In this document: positions 39,700 to 53,936 of the stretch, one piece after another
Position numbering within the stretch: position 1 is the stretch's first letter
How the letters are laid out: the number at the start of each line of letters is the position of its first letter
DNA from: Eledone cirrhosa
Taxonomy: Eukaryota
NCBI GenBank assembly: GCA_964016885.1
Contig: OZ024741.1
Location: 380,308,001 to 380,372,000, forward strand
Direction: 5' to 3'
DNA: 64,000 nt
Position numbers and translations under genes: made by a program
Notes under the pieces: generated by a model
What the model saw: only the letters and a program-made list of their open reading frames with translations
The model's database searches: none
Told to the model about the DNA's origin: nothing

Positions 39700-40610
39700 A
39701 CTACATAAACTTGTGTTCAAACCGCCACAAACCGGCCGCTATTATTTCCCGGGGTCGATAAAATAAAGTACCAGTAATGCACTGGGATAATTGCTGGCCT
39801 TGTGGAAACAATTATTTCCCTTCATTTGTTCAAACCGACCGGAACCGGCCGATAACACCCACACTAAAATATCGTCCTAAAAATAAACAATACCGCCATC
39901 AAAGTCTCGTCAATTCTAGATCACTGCGAGATTAGGCCCTTACCGCGAAAATTAACACTTAATATATTGAAACAACTTAAAACAACACGTGTTTTTTTAA
40001 CGTTGAAATTAGAACAGATTTTTTTGTGTATCAACATGGCTTGTGAAAGTAGCGATACCGACTTTGAAGGATTTACACACAACGACATTCAAAATGAACA
40101 AGAAACAAAAGATATTATTAGTGATTTATCTTCAAATGAATCAGATGTTTACATTTCTGAAATTTCATCCGACGATGATTGTTGTTTTGAAAGTGAAAAC
40201 GAAGGAGATCGCCAGGACGCCATTGAAATATTACAACAACGTGGTTGAAAAATACCACACCAATATATGTTCCTGATTTCAAAACACTGGTCTACAACAC
40301 ACATTAGCTCCCGATGCTTTTTTGTTTTTGCCACAAACTTTCTTCGAGGTTGTGGCAGAAGAGATTAATCGATATGCCCAACAACAGATTTCAAATCGAG
40401 GAAAACTCAATCTGTTTGGCGACCGACAGATGCAGCGGAAATGCAAGCATTTTTTACCGTAAATATTATGTTCGGTACAAAACAATTTCCAGGACTGTGG
40501 AATTACTGGAGCACTAATATAAGGTTTAGTATATATCAAGTATTATGCCGAAAACAATGTATTTAAAATTAAACCAGTGTTTGCACCTGGTTGATACTTC
40601 AAATGCCCCT
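39700..40610 (+). mobile_element. piggyBac transposon 5' remnant with transposase fragment
   Basis: Acidic N-terminus (MACESSDTDFEGF..) then VAEEINRYAQQ..TDAAEMQAFF..LWNYWST..IMPK..LHLVD, typical of piggyBac/PGBD transposases. Frameshifted, with a SINE piece at ~39747-39796. Confidence 0.75.
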
Positions 40611-40900
40611 ATTAATTAATTTCACCTACCCATAAAAGTCAAATTAAACCAAAACAATCAGGTAAAATTATATAATTGTAAATTATTGATATTTATACAT
40701 CTACTGACAAAATTTCAAGCCTGCACATAGAAAATTATAAACAAATAAAATTGATAACCCTCTTGAGTACGATCAACTGAAAATAATGTGAACAGATAAA
40801 TATGACATTTGACAAATGTGAATGCTAAAGTGTTAAATTTACAACATAAGAGGACTTGTAAAAAAAATACTGTGAAGCCTTTTGATACGCACCTTACCGA

Positions 40901-41201
40901 TTCTGCGGCACTACAACGGAATTCGCTGTCAGAAGTGAAAGTAGAAGAATGAGACGTCATTCGTCAATCTTCTCAATCATCAAACCTTCGTTTATTTCCG
41001 TATCACCACCACCATGTGTAAATAAATAAACTTTGAAATCACCACGTTGATGCAAAACTTGGTTTTTCACTTTGGGAAAATACACGTATTTGCAACTTGA
41101 AAAATATGAATTCTACATTATACCCCAGCGTAAATGGAATTATCATCGGCCTCTGCGGCACTACAACGGAATTGGCTCTCAGAAGTGAAAGTAGAAGAAT
41201 G
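40901..41201. repeat. ~50-bp direct repeat pair in a probable second piggyBac-like 5' remnant (minus)
   Basis: ctgcggcactacaacggaatt.gct.tcagaagtgaaagtagaagaatg occurs at ~40902 and ~41153. Confidence 0.55.
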
Positions 41202-41324
41202 TGCCGATTCTGCTAATCCTTCACCCTATTCAATCCTAATCATTACCATAAGCTAGTATATTCTGTTCTTTACTAACTGGCAACCTTCCACTCTTAGAGT
41301 CTTAAATGGATTAACAAACCGTAT

Positions 41325-41520
41325 TATCATCATCATCATCGTTTTACGTCCGTTCTTCCACGCTAGCATGGGTTAGACGGGTTGTCCTGTTGTGGGCAGT
41401 GTCCAGGAGCTGATTCTGGCCTGATTTCTACAGCTGGATGACTCTTCTAACACCAACCTCATTTACAGTGAGTGCTGAGTGTTTTTTTCCATGGCGCCTA
41501 CACGTCCACTTTTCAGTGTG
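41325..41520 (-). mobile_element. RTE 3' UTR fragment
   Basis: Reverse complement of ~48045-48265, with a (GAT)n tail. Related pieces lie at ~21686-21730, ~49885-50050 and ~52915-53095. Confidence 0.75.
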
Positions 41521-43119
41521 GGCTGTGTGCTTTTTTGGACCAGTTGACTACCAATTAAAAGCATTCAATACATTCATCTTTATTCATGTTCTCCTCATAT
41601 TTCTCCACCCCCATTCATGGATGCAGTCATAGCTATGTAGTTACAAAATGTACTTCAAAGTCGTGAGGTCCTATGTTTGAGTCCACAGGGTGCTCTCTTG
41701 AGTTAGTGCCTTTGCTATAGCCCCAGATTGATTCATACCTTTCAAGTGTAATTAGGTACATAATAATGGTGTAGAAGCCTGTTAGATGGATCGTACCAGA
41801 AATTCAAAGTTCCATCCTTTTCCAATATTTTGTGCCATGCTGATTTGGCTTTGGAATTATTTTATAGCTACTTACATGGTAATTAACGATTTGCATATTC
41901 ATTGATCAAACATCAGAATGTCCAATCTCAACCTCTTTTGTGTTTCACACCCCAGCACGAGAGCTATATTATTTATATATTCAGCTAGACTGAAACCTAA
42001 GTGACATGCAGAGAATAGGGTGCCCACCTGATCTTCTTCTTTCTTATTTTTTTTACTGTAAAATGCTGAAAAGGCAAAGTTTCAGAAGAGTCCCTAAAAA
42101 CCTGTCATAGGTTAATACGACTCAGCCCAGCACTCATACATATCACTTTTCCCCAGTCTTCTTCACCAGAAATGGAATCTATTAAAGTTTAGTTTTTTCT
42201 ATAACAACAGAATACAAATCATGAGCCAAGAACTAGTGTGTCTATTGTTGCTAAGGTAATTTTAGTTCCAACAGGAAAATTTGACAACATTGTATGAGGG
42301 ATTTAATAAATTTGATGTAGACATCAAATAATATGATTTTAACTATAGTTGTTAATCAGCACTGATTTCAGTACTCTGAGAGAGCCAGCAACTGTCAACT
42401 TACTTAGGATTAAATAAAAAAATACTATGTACTTTCAGGAAATGAATTACATGGCTGAGTGTGGAGATTAAATTAGAATACATGTAAGTTATTTGTGGAT
42501 AATTTAGACTGAGTGGAATTTTGGATGAAAGAATTACATCAAACATGGAAAATTTGCACATTCAAATTGAGATGATATAGAAATATGATGCATGGGTAGA
42601 TTTTGTAATGTAGATGTACCCAGCTTGTTTTATCCAGATCAAATTGATATGATAATGATGATGATGACAGTGATAATGTGTATGAAGAGAGGGATTATTA
42701 TGATGACGATGATGATGTATATGGAAAATTCTAAACTATTTGATTAATACATTGCTCCATATTTTCAAACTTTTACTAGGAAATATCACTGGCTATTTCA
42801 TACTATCAACTGGACCTATTCATTAATTCTACTCTTTACGGCCTATGATTTTCAAATAATCTAGAAAGCAATAAACAATTTGAAGGGGTTTAATAATATA
42901 ACTAAATTTCTTATAATCTAGCTGGTGTTTGAAATGTAACGTAAAGTTTCTCATATAAAATTATATTGGATGACATTTTTGATAAATTCAAGCATTATAA
43001 AATAAGCAGTATTCTATCATAGAACCACAAGCAGTGTCACAGGGTTTGGTACCAAAAGTGTTAATCTTTAGAATAGTTAGAACAACATTGTTATCTCCTA
43101 CATTATTTAAGCTGTTTCA

Positions 43120-43594
43120 GTTATGAAGAGTACAATAAGTTTTCTTACAAATGATGCTGGCATGCAAAGTGTAGTACTGCATGATAGACAAACATGGTCT
43201 GTGACTGCAGAGGACATGTGTAGACTGGAGAGAAATGAAGCATCCATGTACAATGTAAGTGCGAGAGAAAGGCAGATCTTGGATGAACTGAGAGATAAGC
43301 TGGCTTTAAGAGGAGTCCAAGGTGGTGTGCAGGAGAGAGGACTGCATTGGTACAGGATGTGATGCACATGGATGATGATCAATGGTTGGAGAAATCCCAG
43401 TGGAAGGAAGCCGCATTAAAAGTAAACCAAGAAAAACCTGGGCAGAGGTGGTGAGAGCTGACCTCAAATCACTGAGACTTACAGAGGAGTTGATGAAGGA
43501 ATGCAGCGAGTGGAAAGATGTTGTGCTGAGAAGGACCCATCCAACTCTTACAAGTGCAGAAAAAATGGAGCTAAAACCAATGATGATGATGATG
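43120..43594 (+). mobile_element. RTE-clade 3' fragment
   Basis: QTWSVTAEDMCRLERNEASM..LRDKL..QERGLHWY, PRKTWAEVVRADL, and an (ATG)n tail. Confidence 0.75.
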
Positions 43595-44219
43595 TCTGTT
43601 AGACTAACAGAGTTTAATTTATTTTCTAATGTATAATACATTTTTTATCTTCACGTTTCTTATTCTTCCATGCAATATAAATTGTGCATTTATACATGAA
43701 ATTGGTTTGCCGTACACGAAGGAGTTGTGTCCTTCACCATCTTGGGCACTTGAGACCACTGAGCTTGATGTAGGTAAAGTTCCCATTTTAGAAGATGTAT
43801 AAAAGGCCATCTGCCGAAAGCATAGACAATTTCAGTAGTTTAACTATTGGTGGGAGGAATTTCTGTGTGTACCTGTTAGTGTAGGGACTGACCAATGAGG
43901 AGACAATACATGTGACAACAGGAAGGTATCAGGGGAGTAGCTAAGTATTTTTGGCACAAGACCAGCCAGTTGCAATGAGCATTAGCCTCTGTAGCAGCAG
44001 CTGCAAAGGCAGGAAGTGGAGACATTGGGTACATTTTTCTTTGATGTAAAATGGTGAAAGATTGAAGTAATAGAGGGGTCCCTAAATATCTGGAAGCCAA
44101 GAGCTCTGTCATGGATGGATGGATGGTGTTATTTTCTTTTCACTAACTCAAAATGTCAGCTACAGCATACCAACATATTTAAATGTACAAACATATATTT
44201 TTTTTTTCTTAAAAGAATA

Positions 44220-45650
44220 TATGTATATATATAAATATATAGTTTAATAAATAAACAGAACAAAAAACAGAAAAACGAAGTGGCAGTACAAATGATATTA
44301 GTATTAGTTTCACGCTTGAGTGTGGGGATGGGGATGACGATTCGGGCATAAGCCCTTCATCAGGTGAAAAGTGGGTAGGAAGAGAGTTCCGAGGGGGAGT
44401 GGTGGAAAGACATTTTAAAAGGGGGGGGGAACATTTTTTTTAGAGAGCAAAGGGAATTTTAAAAAAATAGAAATAAAAATAAGTGGTGAAAGGGTGTGAG
44501 GCGTGTAGAGGTGGTGGTGGGTGGAGAGGGGGGCGAGCGGGGAGGGCTGAAGGTGGTGTATGTGTATGTGAATGTGAGAGTTGGGAGAAGAACGAGGTTC
44601 CATGATCAGGTAAAAGGGAAACCGGTGTGTACATGGGGTGGGGTGTAAGTCGGTGTGGATAGAGAGGGGCGCGTGGAGTCCAGAGGCTGTGTGTGTGAAT
44701 GTGGGGATACGCACGTGTGTGTTTGTTTTTATATGCGGTGTCGATGTAGGTGCCGTGGTTCAAAAATATTGTAAGTGTTTGTTCGTGTGTATGTTCCTAA
44801 GGTATTTCCATGGTGTGTGAGACAAGATGTTGGAGATTCCACGTGTCGTAGGATGCATGGTGTGAAATTCTGGTGTGGTAGTACAGAAGTGCAGAGATGT
44901 GGGGTGCATGCAGGATCAAGGCAGGATGAAGAGAAAAGGTGTTGGGGACGGAGGAGGAGTGTAGCGTGCTGGTGTGTGTGTGCGTGTTTGGATATGAGTG
45001 TGTGTGTGTGTGGTAGAGAGGGTGTTAGTATTACTGGTGGTGGGAAAGGGATTGAATGGGGGTTAGTGGTGGGTGTATCGGTGTGTATGTGTGTGGGTGA
45101 GGGGGTGGGTAGGTTGGGGGACGTTAATAATATTAGTTGTGGGGTGGCCAGATGTGATGTGTGGGTGGGGGTTATTGGTGGTAGTAGGGTGTGGGGATAG
45201 TGTGAGTGCGTGTATAATATATGTGCAGTGGGTGCGGGTGCTAGGGGGTTTGGATGTTAGTATTGTTAGTTGGGGGAGGGCCGGGGTGTTAGTATTATTA
45301 GTTATGGGGTGGCCCAAGGGGGTTGGGGTGGTGAAACTGAAGAGTGTGTTAGTGGGAGATGTGTGGGGGGAGAGGTGGGTGGTCGAATGCTAAAGGAATA
45401 GGGGTGGGGAGTTCAGGCCGGGGTGTGTGTGGGTTTGTAGGGTGAAGATAGTGTGTTGCTCGACCGTAAGGCGGGTGGCGGGTGTCCCATGGCATTGAAT
45501 CAGGCCACAGACTGTGAGGTAGTGGGCGGAATGTCCAGAGGAGCCAAAGTGGCGGGCGATGGGGAACGCCCGCCGAGACGAATATCGCGGAGGTGCTCTG
45601 TGAACCAATCCGCCAGGCAAAGTCCGGTCTGTCCGACGTAGGTTTTGATT
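44220..45650 (-). mobile_element. Penelope-like element, 5'-truncated (GIY-YIG end plus long pLTR/3' region)
   Basis: Minus strand reads KTYVGQTG..LADWFTEHLRDIR / FPIARHF..GHS..LTVCGL..RL.VEQHTIFTLQT..PGLN. A hammerhead-like motif lies near the 3' end. Confidence 0.85.
44308..44369 (-). ncRNA. Hammerhead-like motif in PLE pLTR, core variant
   Basis: Minus strand reads UUUCAC CUGAUGA A GGGC-UUAU-GCCC GAAU CGUC..GUGAAA, with GAAA changed to GAAU. Confidence 0.5.
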
Positions 45651-45775
45651 ATTCAATTCCAGAAAAATCACTGTCGAGTGCTTCTAATCTATTGTAAAAT
45701 TGTATTCGTTGAATAATCAACGAACCATATAAACTTTGGTTATATATATATATATCGTCACCTTTAGTAAGTTTT

Positions 45776-45963
45776 TTTTAGGAACTGCCAGTGCTGTTCT
45801 ACATTGAATGTCCCTATCTTTTCTTCTTTACTCTCATAGGTGTCGAGTAAAATATCTTTATATATATATATATATATATAAATATATTTTACTCGACACC
45901 TATGACAGTAAAGAAGAAAAGATAAGGACATTCAATGTAGAAGAGCACTGGCAGTTCCTAAAA
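45776..45963. repeat. ~188-bp fold-back palindrome centred on (TA)n at the RTE 5' end
   Basis: 45776-45858 is the reverse complement of 45881-45963, with a few mismatches. Confidence 0.9.
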
Positions 45964-48266
45964 TGTAACCTACTAAAGGCTTTGGACGAGATCTGTCGTT
46001 GGAGCAAGACCACAGTGAGGAGGAGAGTGACTTGGTGGTGGAACAATAAGGTAGATGTGGCAGTTAAGACTACGAGACAGGCATGGAAAGAATGGAAGCA
46101 GGGTACATTACATAGTGACCAGGAGGGAAGCTAAGCGACAAGTATAATTAGCTAGAAGGGAAGCGGAGGATAGAAAATTCAAGCATGTTTTACAACGTGA
46201 GGACCAGAAACAGGAGGTGTTCCAGATTTCAAGGCAGTGTGTCAGAGAGAATTATGAAAGCATTGAAGAGAAGTGTATCCAGAATGATAAAGGTGAGCTT
46301 GCCCTCACAAGTGCTGAGAAGAAAGTTGCGTGGAAGAGCTAATATGAAAGATTACTAAATGAGGAGAATGCATGGGAAAAAGAGACCCTACCCCCAGTGG
46401 ACCATATAGAGGGGTCAGCAGCAGTGTAGTAAGTAAGATATAATACTAGAGGGTGCCATACCAAAGGATTGGTGCAGCAGCATCATTGTCTGCAGCTACA
46501 AGGGTAAAGGTGATGCACTAGATAGAGGGAACTATAGAGGTATGAAGCTGATGGACCAGGTCATGGAAGTAACGGAAAGAGTTATAGCACAATTGATTAG
46601 GGACCGGGTAAAAGTAGATGAGATGCAATTTTGGTTTTTACAAGGAAAAGGCACCACTAATGCCCTCTTCCTTGTGAGGCAGTTACAGGAATGTACCTAG
46701 CTAAAAGTAAGCTGATCTACCTGGCATTCGTAGATCTGGAAAAAGCCTTTGACAGAGTCCCCTGTGCTATAATCTGGTGGGCTCTTAGAAAACTAGTAAT
46801 AGATGAATGGCTTGTGAAAACTGTACAAGCCATCTATAGAGGAGCAGTCAGTAAAGTTAGGGTTAGCAATGACTATAGCGAGGAATTTAGCGTACAGGTT
46901 GGTGTCCCCCAGGGCTCTGTTCTTAGCACTCTCCTGTTCATTATAGTTTTGCAGGCAGTAACGTAGGAGATAAAAACCGGATGCCCATGGGAATTCCTAT
47001 ATGTGGATGATCTCGCATTTATAGCTGAATCTATGGTAGAACTAGAGAAGAAATTACAAACAGGGAATCAGGAACTAGAAAGAAAGTGTCTCAAAGTCAA
47101 CCTGACAAAGACTAAGGTCCTCATAAGCAGACGAGAAAACAGAAACCCTTCAGGGAAATGACCTTGCTCAGTATGTAGGTAGAAACTCCATTCTCTGCCC
47201 CAAATGCAAACAATGGGTACACAAGAGATTTAGTGGTATCTCAGGAAGTTTAACTAAGAATGTAGGCTTCACATGTAGTAGATGCACTGGGACAGCAAGC
47301 AGGACACGGCCACAGAAAAAAAGCACCACCAAACTCTGGGAGGGCTCTGTAGAAACAGTAGACAGCTTCTGCTACCTAGGTGACCGAATTAGCAGCGGAG
47401 GTGGGTGTTCGGAAAGTACAATAACTAGGGTAAGAACGGGATGGAAGAAATTCAGGGAGCTACTGCCACTGCTAGCTGCAAAAGCTTTTTCCCTCAAAAT
47501 GAAAGGCAGACTGTATGATGTGTATACGAACAGCAATGTTACATGGAAGTGAAACCTGGGCGCAGTCTGTAGAAGACTTGTGTAGATTAGAAAAAAAACA
47601 AAGCTTGCATGCTCCGATGGATGTGTAATAGTAATATACGTGAACAGCAAAGTATAAACAAGTTGAGAGAGAGACTGAGCATAAGAGGAATCAAATGATG
47701 TGTGTGCAGGAGAGGAGGTTGCGTTGGTATGGACACGTGATGTGTATGAAGGACAACAGCTGCATCAAAAGGTGCAGAGCACTAGAAGTCGATGGAAAGT
47801 CGCGGAGTGGGGAGACCCAAGAAGACCTGGGATGAGGTGATAAAAGCCAACCTTACCCAATTGTACCTGTCATGGGCGATGACACACGATCGTGACCTCT
47901 GGCGTTATGCAGTAATACAGAAGACCAGACTTCCCACGTGTACAAGCTAAGCTAAAGCTGAAGCATATAGACCATATGCCTCCACCCCTTCCCACTGCGA
48001 AGTGGTCATGGAGGTGCCACAGCAAAAAAGCACCCAACTCACACTGTAAAGTGGACGTGTAGGCGCCACGGAAAAAAAGCTCCCAGCACTCACTGTAAAT
48101 GAGGTTGGTGTTAGGAAGGGCATCCAGCTGTAGAAATCAAGCCAGCATCAGTTCCTGTATGAGCAAGACAAAGTCAGCCGACTGGACACTGCCCGCAACA
48201 GGACAACCCGTCTAACCCATGCTAGCGTGGAAAAACGGACGTAAAACAGTGATGATGAAGATGATG
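45881..48266 (+). mobile_element. RTE (BovB-like) non-LTR retrotransposon, 5'-truncated, degraded
   Basis: RVTWWWN..V, KGKGDALDRGNYRGMKL, AFVDLEKAFDRVP, GVPQGSVLS.LLF, YVDDL, a Cys-rich insert, FCYLGD and RRLRWYGHV. 3' UTR and (GAT)n tail. Confidence 0.9.
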
Positions 48267-51070
48267 ATATATATATATGTATCTATGGGTGTGTGTGTGT
48301 GAATATTTGTGTATGTGGGTGAACGAAAAAAAAAGAAAGAAAGAAACAGGGTGTGTGTTTAGTCGTGAGCTAAAAGTGGAATAACCTATATATAATCCAT
48401 GGCTCATGATTAAGTATTTTTTAAAGAATAAATTGACAAGTACAACTATCACTTAATAAATACACTTGAGACATGTTTTTTTTGTTTGTTTGTTTTTGTT
48501 TATTGTTGCTGTTGTAGTTTGAGTAAATTTACAATTAAGTCTGGAAAGATTTAATCAATCCATAATCATAATTATTGTTGTTCTATCTGCTTATTCATGC
48601 TGGCCTGATTTAAGTGAGAAATATTTAGGCCAGTATTTTACAGCAAGATGTCCTTTCTCATGCCAACACTTATTTTAAAATGATGTTATTATCCCACTGA
48701 TCTGCTCTTATCATACTGCTAAGCTGCTGTGTATAAACAAATTGCACCAGTCATTTAACCAATGTCAGTGTGATGTCATACACAGAAATCCACAATAAAC
48801 CTGAAAGAACCTACAGAGAATTTCTTTCATTAAAATAGCAAGGCAGTTATGATATGCACATCAAGTATCTTAAATAAAATGGAATTCATGATACCCATCA
48901 CTGTTATTTAAAACTCAAACAAAAAAGTTGGCAGGAGGAGTTACTCAATGACAACACAACAAACTCTACACTAAAATCATATTTGGAGAAAATTACGAAA
49001 TTCACTTTAATTATTCAGCATCATTATTTCATTTTTATTTTGAAATTAAAAAGAAAACGCCCCTCCACCATACAAAAATCAAAATAAAAAAAAACATAAA
49101 CTGATCTTATTTTAAAGACTTAAATAGACTTGGTAGAATTGCTATTCGCTTTAAAGGAAACCATTCATTTTGAGCAGTAAAAGTAAAAAAATGTCACTTT
49201 ATTTATTTTTCACATTTTCTCAGATTTGATTTATGTCAAGAAAGTTTTTCTCCAATATAAATTATGCAACTCACGAAGCTTATTTGTGGCCAATGCCTGA
49301 AATAAGTGGGAAAGCATCAGATGTATAAAAAAAATATTGTTAAAATAGAATCAATGTTCTTTCATTTCTTTTGCAATTTGAAATAATTGACACCTCACTT
49401 AAATATCTCTTATTGATTGTGATGTGTTTGGCAAAACTGTCAGAATATTTCAATAAATCAATGTTTGATCATTAAAATTCAGAACACTATCATTAGCAAA
49501 ATTTTAATCAGCATCTTGTAATGGACCACACAAAGAATGTTGCAATATTTGCTGTTTTTAATGTTTCCTCAAAAATATAGAAAAGTTGAAATCTGAATTA
49601 ACATTTCTAAATAGTTTGAATAAGAAAGAATTATTTTTTCAACTTGAAATATGTTTTTATTATTCCTCTCTATCCAGCAATGCACTGAGACAAAGGATTA
49701 CTACTGACAATTGTCAGGCCAATTTGCCATCACAGTCTTGTAGTTGAGGCCATTTCATTTGTTTTCAAATACCTTAAAGCCAACCCCTTTCTTGATGGCC
49801 ATGATGAAAACCTTTGTCAATATACTGGTGATACCCATTGTTTCTATTGCCACTAGTTCAAATATATGTGACTCATTATTTATCACCATCATTTCACATC
49901 CTTTTTTTATGCTGGCATGGGTCGGACAGGTTGTCACTCTCCGAGACCATATGAGTCGTAGTGACCAATCTGTATTTGGCATGGCTTCCATGGCTTAATG
50001 CTCTGCCAACAAACTTACAAAGTGTTCTAAGTGTGTTTTTATCGTGGCACTACCACTACCACATTACAGAGGGTATTAGTTGCATTTTTTTGGTTCAGAC
50101 ACTAAAACATTACAGAATTTACAAGGTGCATTTTATTGTGGCAATAAAGTTTTCACAGATAGTTGAGAACTGGATCAATTGATCATGCATATCCTGCTCA
50201 TTACTAACATTGAAAGAGCAGCATTAGTTCTTAAGAATGTTTTTCTTTTACTTCACTACTGCTACTGCTACTACTAAAACTACTATTGTTGCTATAGTTG
50301 ATGCTACTAGTATTGCCACAGCTACTACTACTGTTACAGCTTTTGCTTCAGTTTGTGCTTAATATCATCAATTTTACTAAGTTTAATATATGAAAATATA
50401 TGAATGACAATGAATAATATTTCATAACACTGTACAGTAAATTATGATTCCTATTCACTGAATGGAAATAGTTCACTCATTATTTTATTTTGTTTTACTA
50501 AGTTTGTGTTAGCCGAAACAACACACAGAGACATACTAAAGCACTTGAAGCTAAAAGGAGTTTTATTATTATAGAAACAACAGACAAAAATATCTACAAC
50601 GAAATATTAGTGAAAGAGAAAGCAAAAACATTTCCAAGAACAATATAACAATTATAACAGTAGAAGAATTCTAGCCAAACAGAAAGTACATAGTAGATAG
50701 CATAATTTTCTTCCTGACGAGATGTGAGGAAATAAGACAAAAGTTATAGAGAAGATGAAACTGAAAATCTTAGTTAATTGATTAACTTCTAACAATTAAC
50801 GATGAGAATGGGTCACAATGAAAAGAATACAATGTAATTAAGCATCTGTTAAGAAAAGACAACTGGTAGGTATCAATATTCCCAGCAATTAAGTGGGATT
50901 GTAGATGTGAAAGCACACAATATCCTCATTATAACTGTTGTAGAAATATAGCAAAAACAATGGTGATAATGATTATGATGTGGAGGGGGAGGAGAGTGAT
51001 GATAATAGAGATGATGGTTAGAAAGAAGGTCATGACTTTGATGATGATAATAACACTAATGATTTCCTCA

Positions 51071-51099
51071 TTGTTATTATTATTATTATTATTATTATA

Positions 51100-51197
<98 letters not shown>

Positions 51198-51210
51198 ACA
51201 ACAACAACAA
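51071..51210. repeat. Compound microsatellite (TTA)n(AGT)~32(AAC)n
   Basis: Direct reading. Confidence 0.95.
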
Positions 51211-51837
51211 TGACCACATCATAGGATAATAAGAGTAACATTAGCAAAATAAGAATAATAACAAATATATAATGTTCTTGAACAGTTTCTGAAAGGATCA
51301 ACAAAAACTTTTATCTAGAAAAAACCTGGAAGATATAACTATTTTGTAGAGAAATTAAGCTACTAATATAATCAATATACAAAACTGTTTATTGTTTAAA
51401 TATTATTAATGTAATAGCTAACTAGCAAGAAATGCTCTGCTGTTAGACTGTACGACTGCAAGACTATATTAATGATAGGTGTTAGCTGGTGGTAGTGGTG
51501 GAGGAGTAGTAAGTGGTGGAGGCCAAGGAAAGTGAGAAACTACACTAGAATCACATGTGCAGGTTTCTGGCAAAACAATAAAAACATTAATAATAAAGGA
51601 ATAAAATTTCTCCAGAAAAGAAATCATATAAAGGAAAAAAAAAGAATAAGAAAACAAATGATAAAAAGAGGAAGTAAAGTAATAAAAACTTTAGAAACAA
51701 CAAGATATGTAGCTAATTATTTGTATGGAGATTCAGGTATTTAAATATGCAATAGAAACCAGCTGGATAAGTATTTCTTTCCTCATATTCATATAATTAC
51801 TCTTCTCAATGTTCAAAACAACTTATATAAATTTGAT

Positions 51838-51981
51838 ATACATATATACATACATATATATATAAATAAGTAAATATATATATATGTTTGATGTGTATAG
51901 TTAGATGTAAGTGTATTCATGTATTAAAGTGCTTATATATATATATATATATGTGTGTATGTGTATATGTGTGTGTGTGGG

Positions 51982-52040
<59 letters not shown>

Positions 52041-52300
52041 ATGTATATATATATATATATATGTGTATGTATGTATGTGTATGTGGATGTGTATGTATGC
52101 GTATGTGTGTACACATGGACTAGAGTATGTATGTATATATGTGTGTGTCTATACGTGTGTATATATACAGATAAGTTGAGTATGAAAATGTATACACATG
52201 AGCGCGTATGTATGTACATGAATACATGTGTGTATATATATGTGTATGCATGTGTATATATATGTAAGTATGAATATGTGAATTGTGAGTATATGTATTT
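51838..52300. repeat. (TA)n/(TG)n low-complexity tract
   Basis: Direct reading. The ORFs called here are artefacts. Confidence 0.9.
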
Positions 52301-53173
52301 TGTAGAGGTGTGCAAATATATTTGTGTGAATGCGTGGGTGAAAGAATACGTACACTTGAAAGAAAAATTTAAGTCTGAATGTTAAGTGCAAACACAAAAC
52401 CAACCACGCATATCTTTACTATCTCTAATCCTTCTATAGATTTAGAAAAATAACCAATAATATATTCCATAAAAAAAGTCAAAACAACAGATGGGAATCT
52501 AATTACTCACTGCCACCAAGAATTCTCACTGCTATCGAAAAACCACTCCTTCAACTATTCTTCTAACAACTTCACCCCTCCCTCCTAATATTCTCTATAA
52601 AAACTAAATAGGTCCTCAGTAATATTATTCTGATGAAATGACAGTAAATAATAACATTGAAATATTGAATGTCTGCATAACTAAAAGTTTGTAGATAGCT
52701 GTTTTAGGTTATGTAACTGTTATAGAAACACGTGTCAATAAATTCCTTTCAACTAAACTGTATCCATTCAAATCTTTCTACATATATATATATATATATT
52801 TGATACACACACACACACACACACCCACACACATATATATTTATATATATATCATAAAGATAATCACATGAAAAAGGAAAGACCAAAAATATGTTTGCAT
52901 TTGATAAATATATATCATCATCATCATCATCATTTTACGTCCGCTTTTACCTGCTTGCAAGGGTGGGACGGGAACTGATTCTGGCTTGATTTCTAAAGCT
53001 GGATGTACTTCCTAACATCAACCTCATTTACAGTGTGGGCCGGGTGCTTTTTTGCCGTGGCACATCCACGACCACTTTGCAGTGGAATGATAGGCACCCC
53101 AGCCCAATCATCTCATTTCTACAGCTGAGTAAACTTGAGCAATGTGAAATAAAGTGTCTTGCTCAAGGAAACA

Positions 53174-53205
<32 letters not shown>

Positions 53206-53209
<4 letters not shown>

Positions 53210-53936
53210 TGTTATACTTTGGGAGGGTCATGTTGCCAATAAGAAACACATGCACCAGTTAATTTCACTTCAATTTATTATAATAATTTTATAAATTTAG
53301 GAATTTATAAATTTCCGGTTGGTTGGTTGGTTCCACAACCAGATGGTTGTTTATATATTGTCAAAGTTCTTTCGTCACACATTCTGTGACATCTTCAGTA
53401 ACTGGGGATTCTTTTTTTTTGTTTTTGTGCCTCTCCTTTGTTCTGTCGTACGCCATCTTGTTTTTGTGTGTGTGTTGTGTGCTTAGTTTGCGTATGTGTT
53501 ACATCCGGGTGTCTGTGTGTGTTTATATTCATTTATTTATTTGTTTATTTACATGTTACTGATTGGTTGTTTGTTCTATGTGCGTGTGTGTTTTCATTTT
53601 GTCCTTAATTGTAAGTTGTGATGTTGCTGTTCCACTCATGTTTTCTATTTAATTTTGGTTGTAATTATTTTATGTTTATTGCCTCTGTGATTTGTCTAAA
53701 CATTGCGTCTTTTCTGTGTGTAGATTCTATTTTTATTTCTATGTTCTCTAATTTACCCTTATGTTCTATTTTAGCATGTTGGTAGAGTACAGATGATTCT
53801 TTACTATCTTGAAGGTCTCGCCAGTGTTCATTTTATCCGTTCCCCTACACTACGAGCTGTCTCACCTATGTACACTATATTTTTATCTCTACATTGTCCT
53901 TCAGTACATCTTATGCTATATACTACATTTCTAGTT
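53206..53936 (-). repeat. Inverted arm, reverse complement of 56715-57433
   Basis: Continuous reverse-complement match with scattered substitutions and one ~12-bp indel. Confidence 0.95.
53360..53402 (-). ncRNA. Type I hammerhead ribozyme motif (inverted arm)
   Basis: Minus strand reads GUUA CUGAAGA U GUCAC-AGAAUGU-GUGAC GAAA GAACUU UGAC. Confidence 0.65.

Noticed and set aside
50929-52403. Poly-Leu/Ser/Thr and YI-repeat ORFs (also at 57390-58423 and 59912-60618)
   Set aside because: These are translations of microsatellites.
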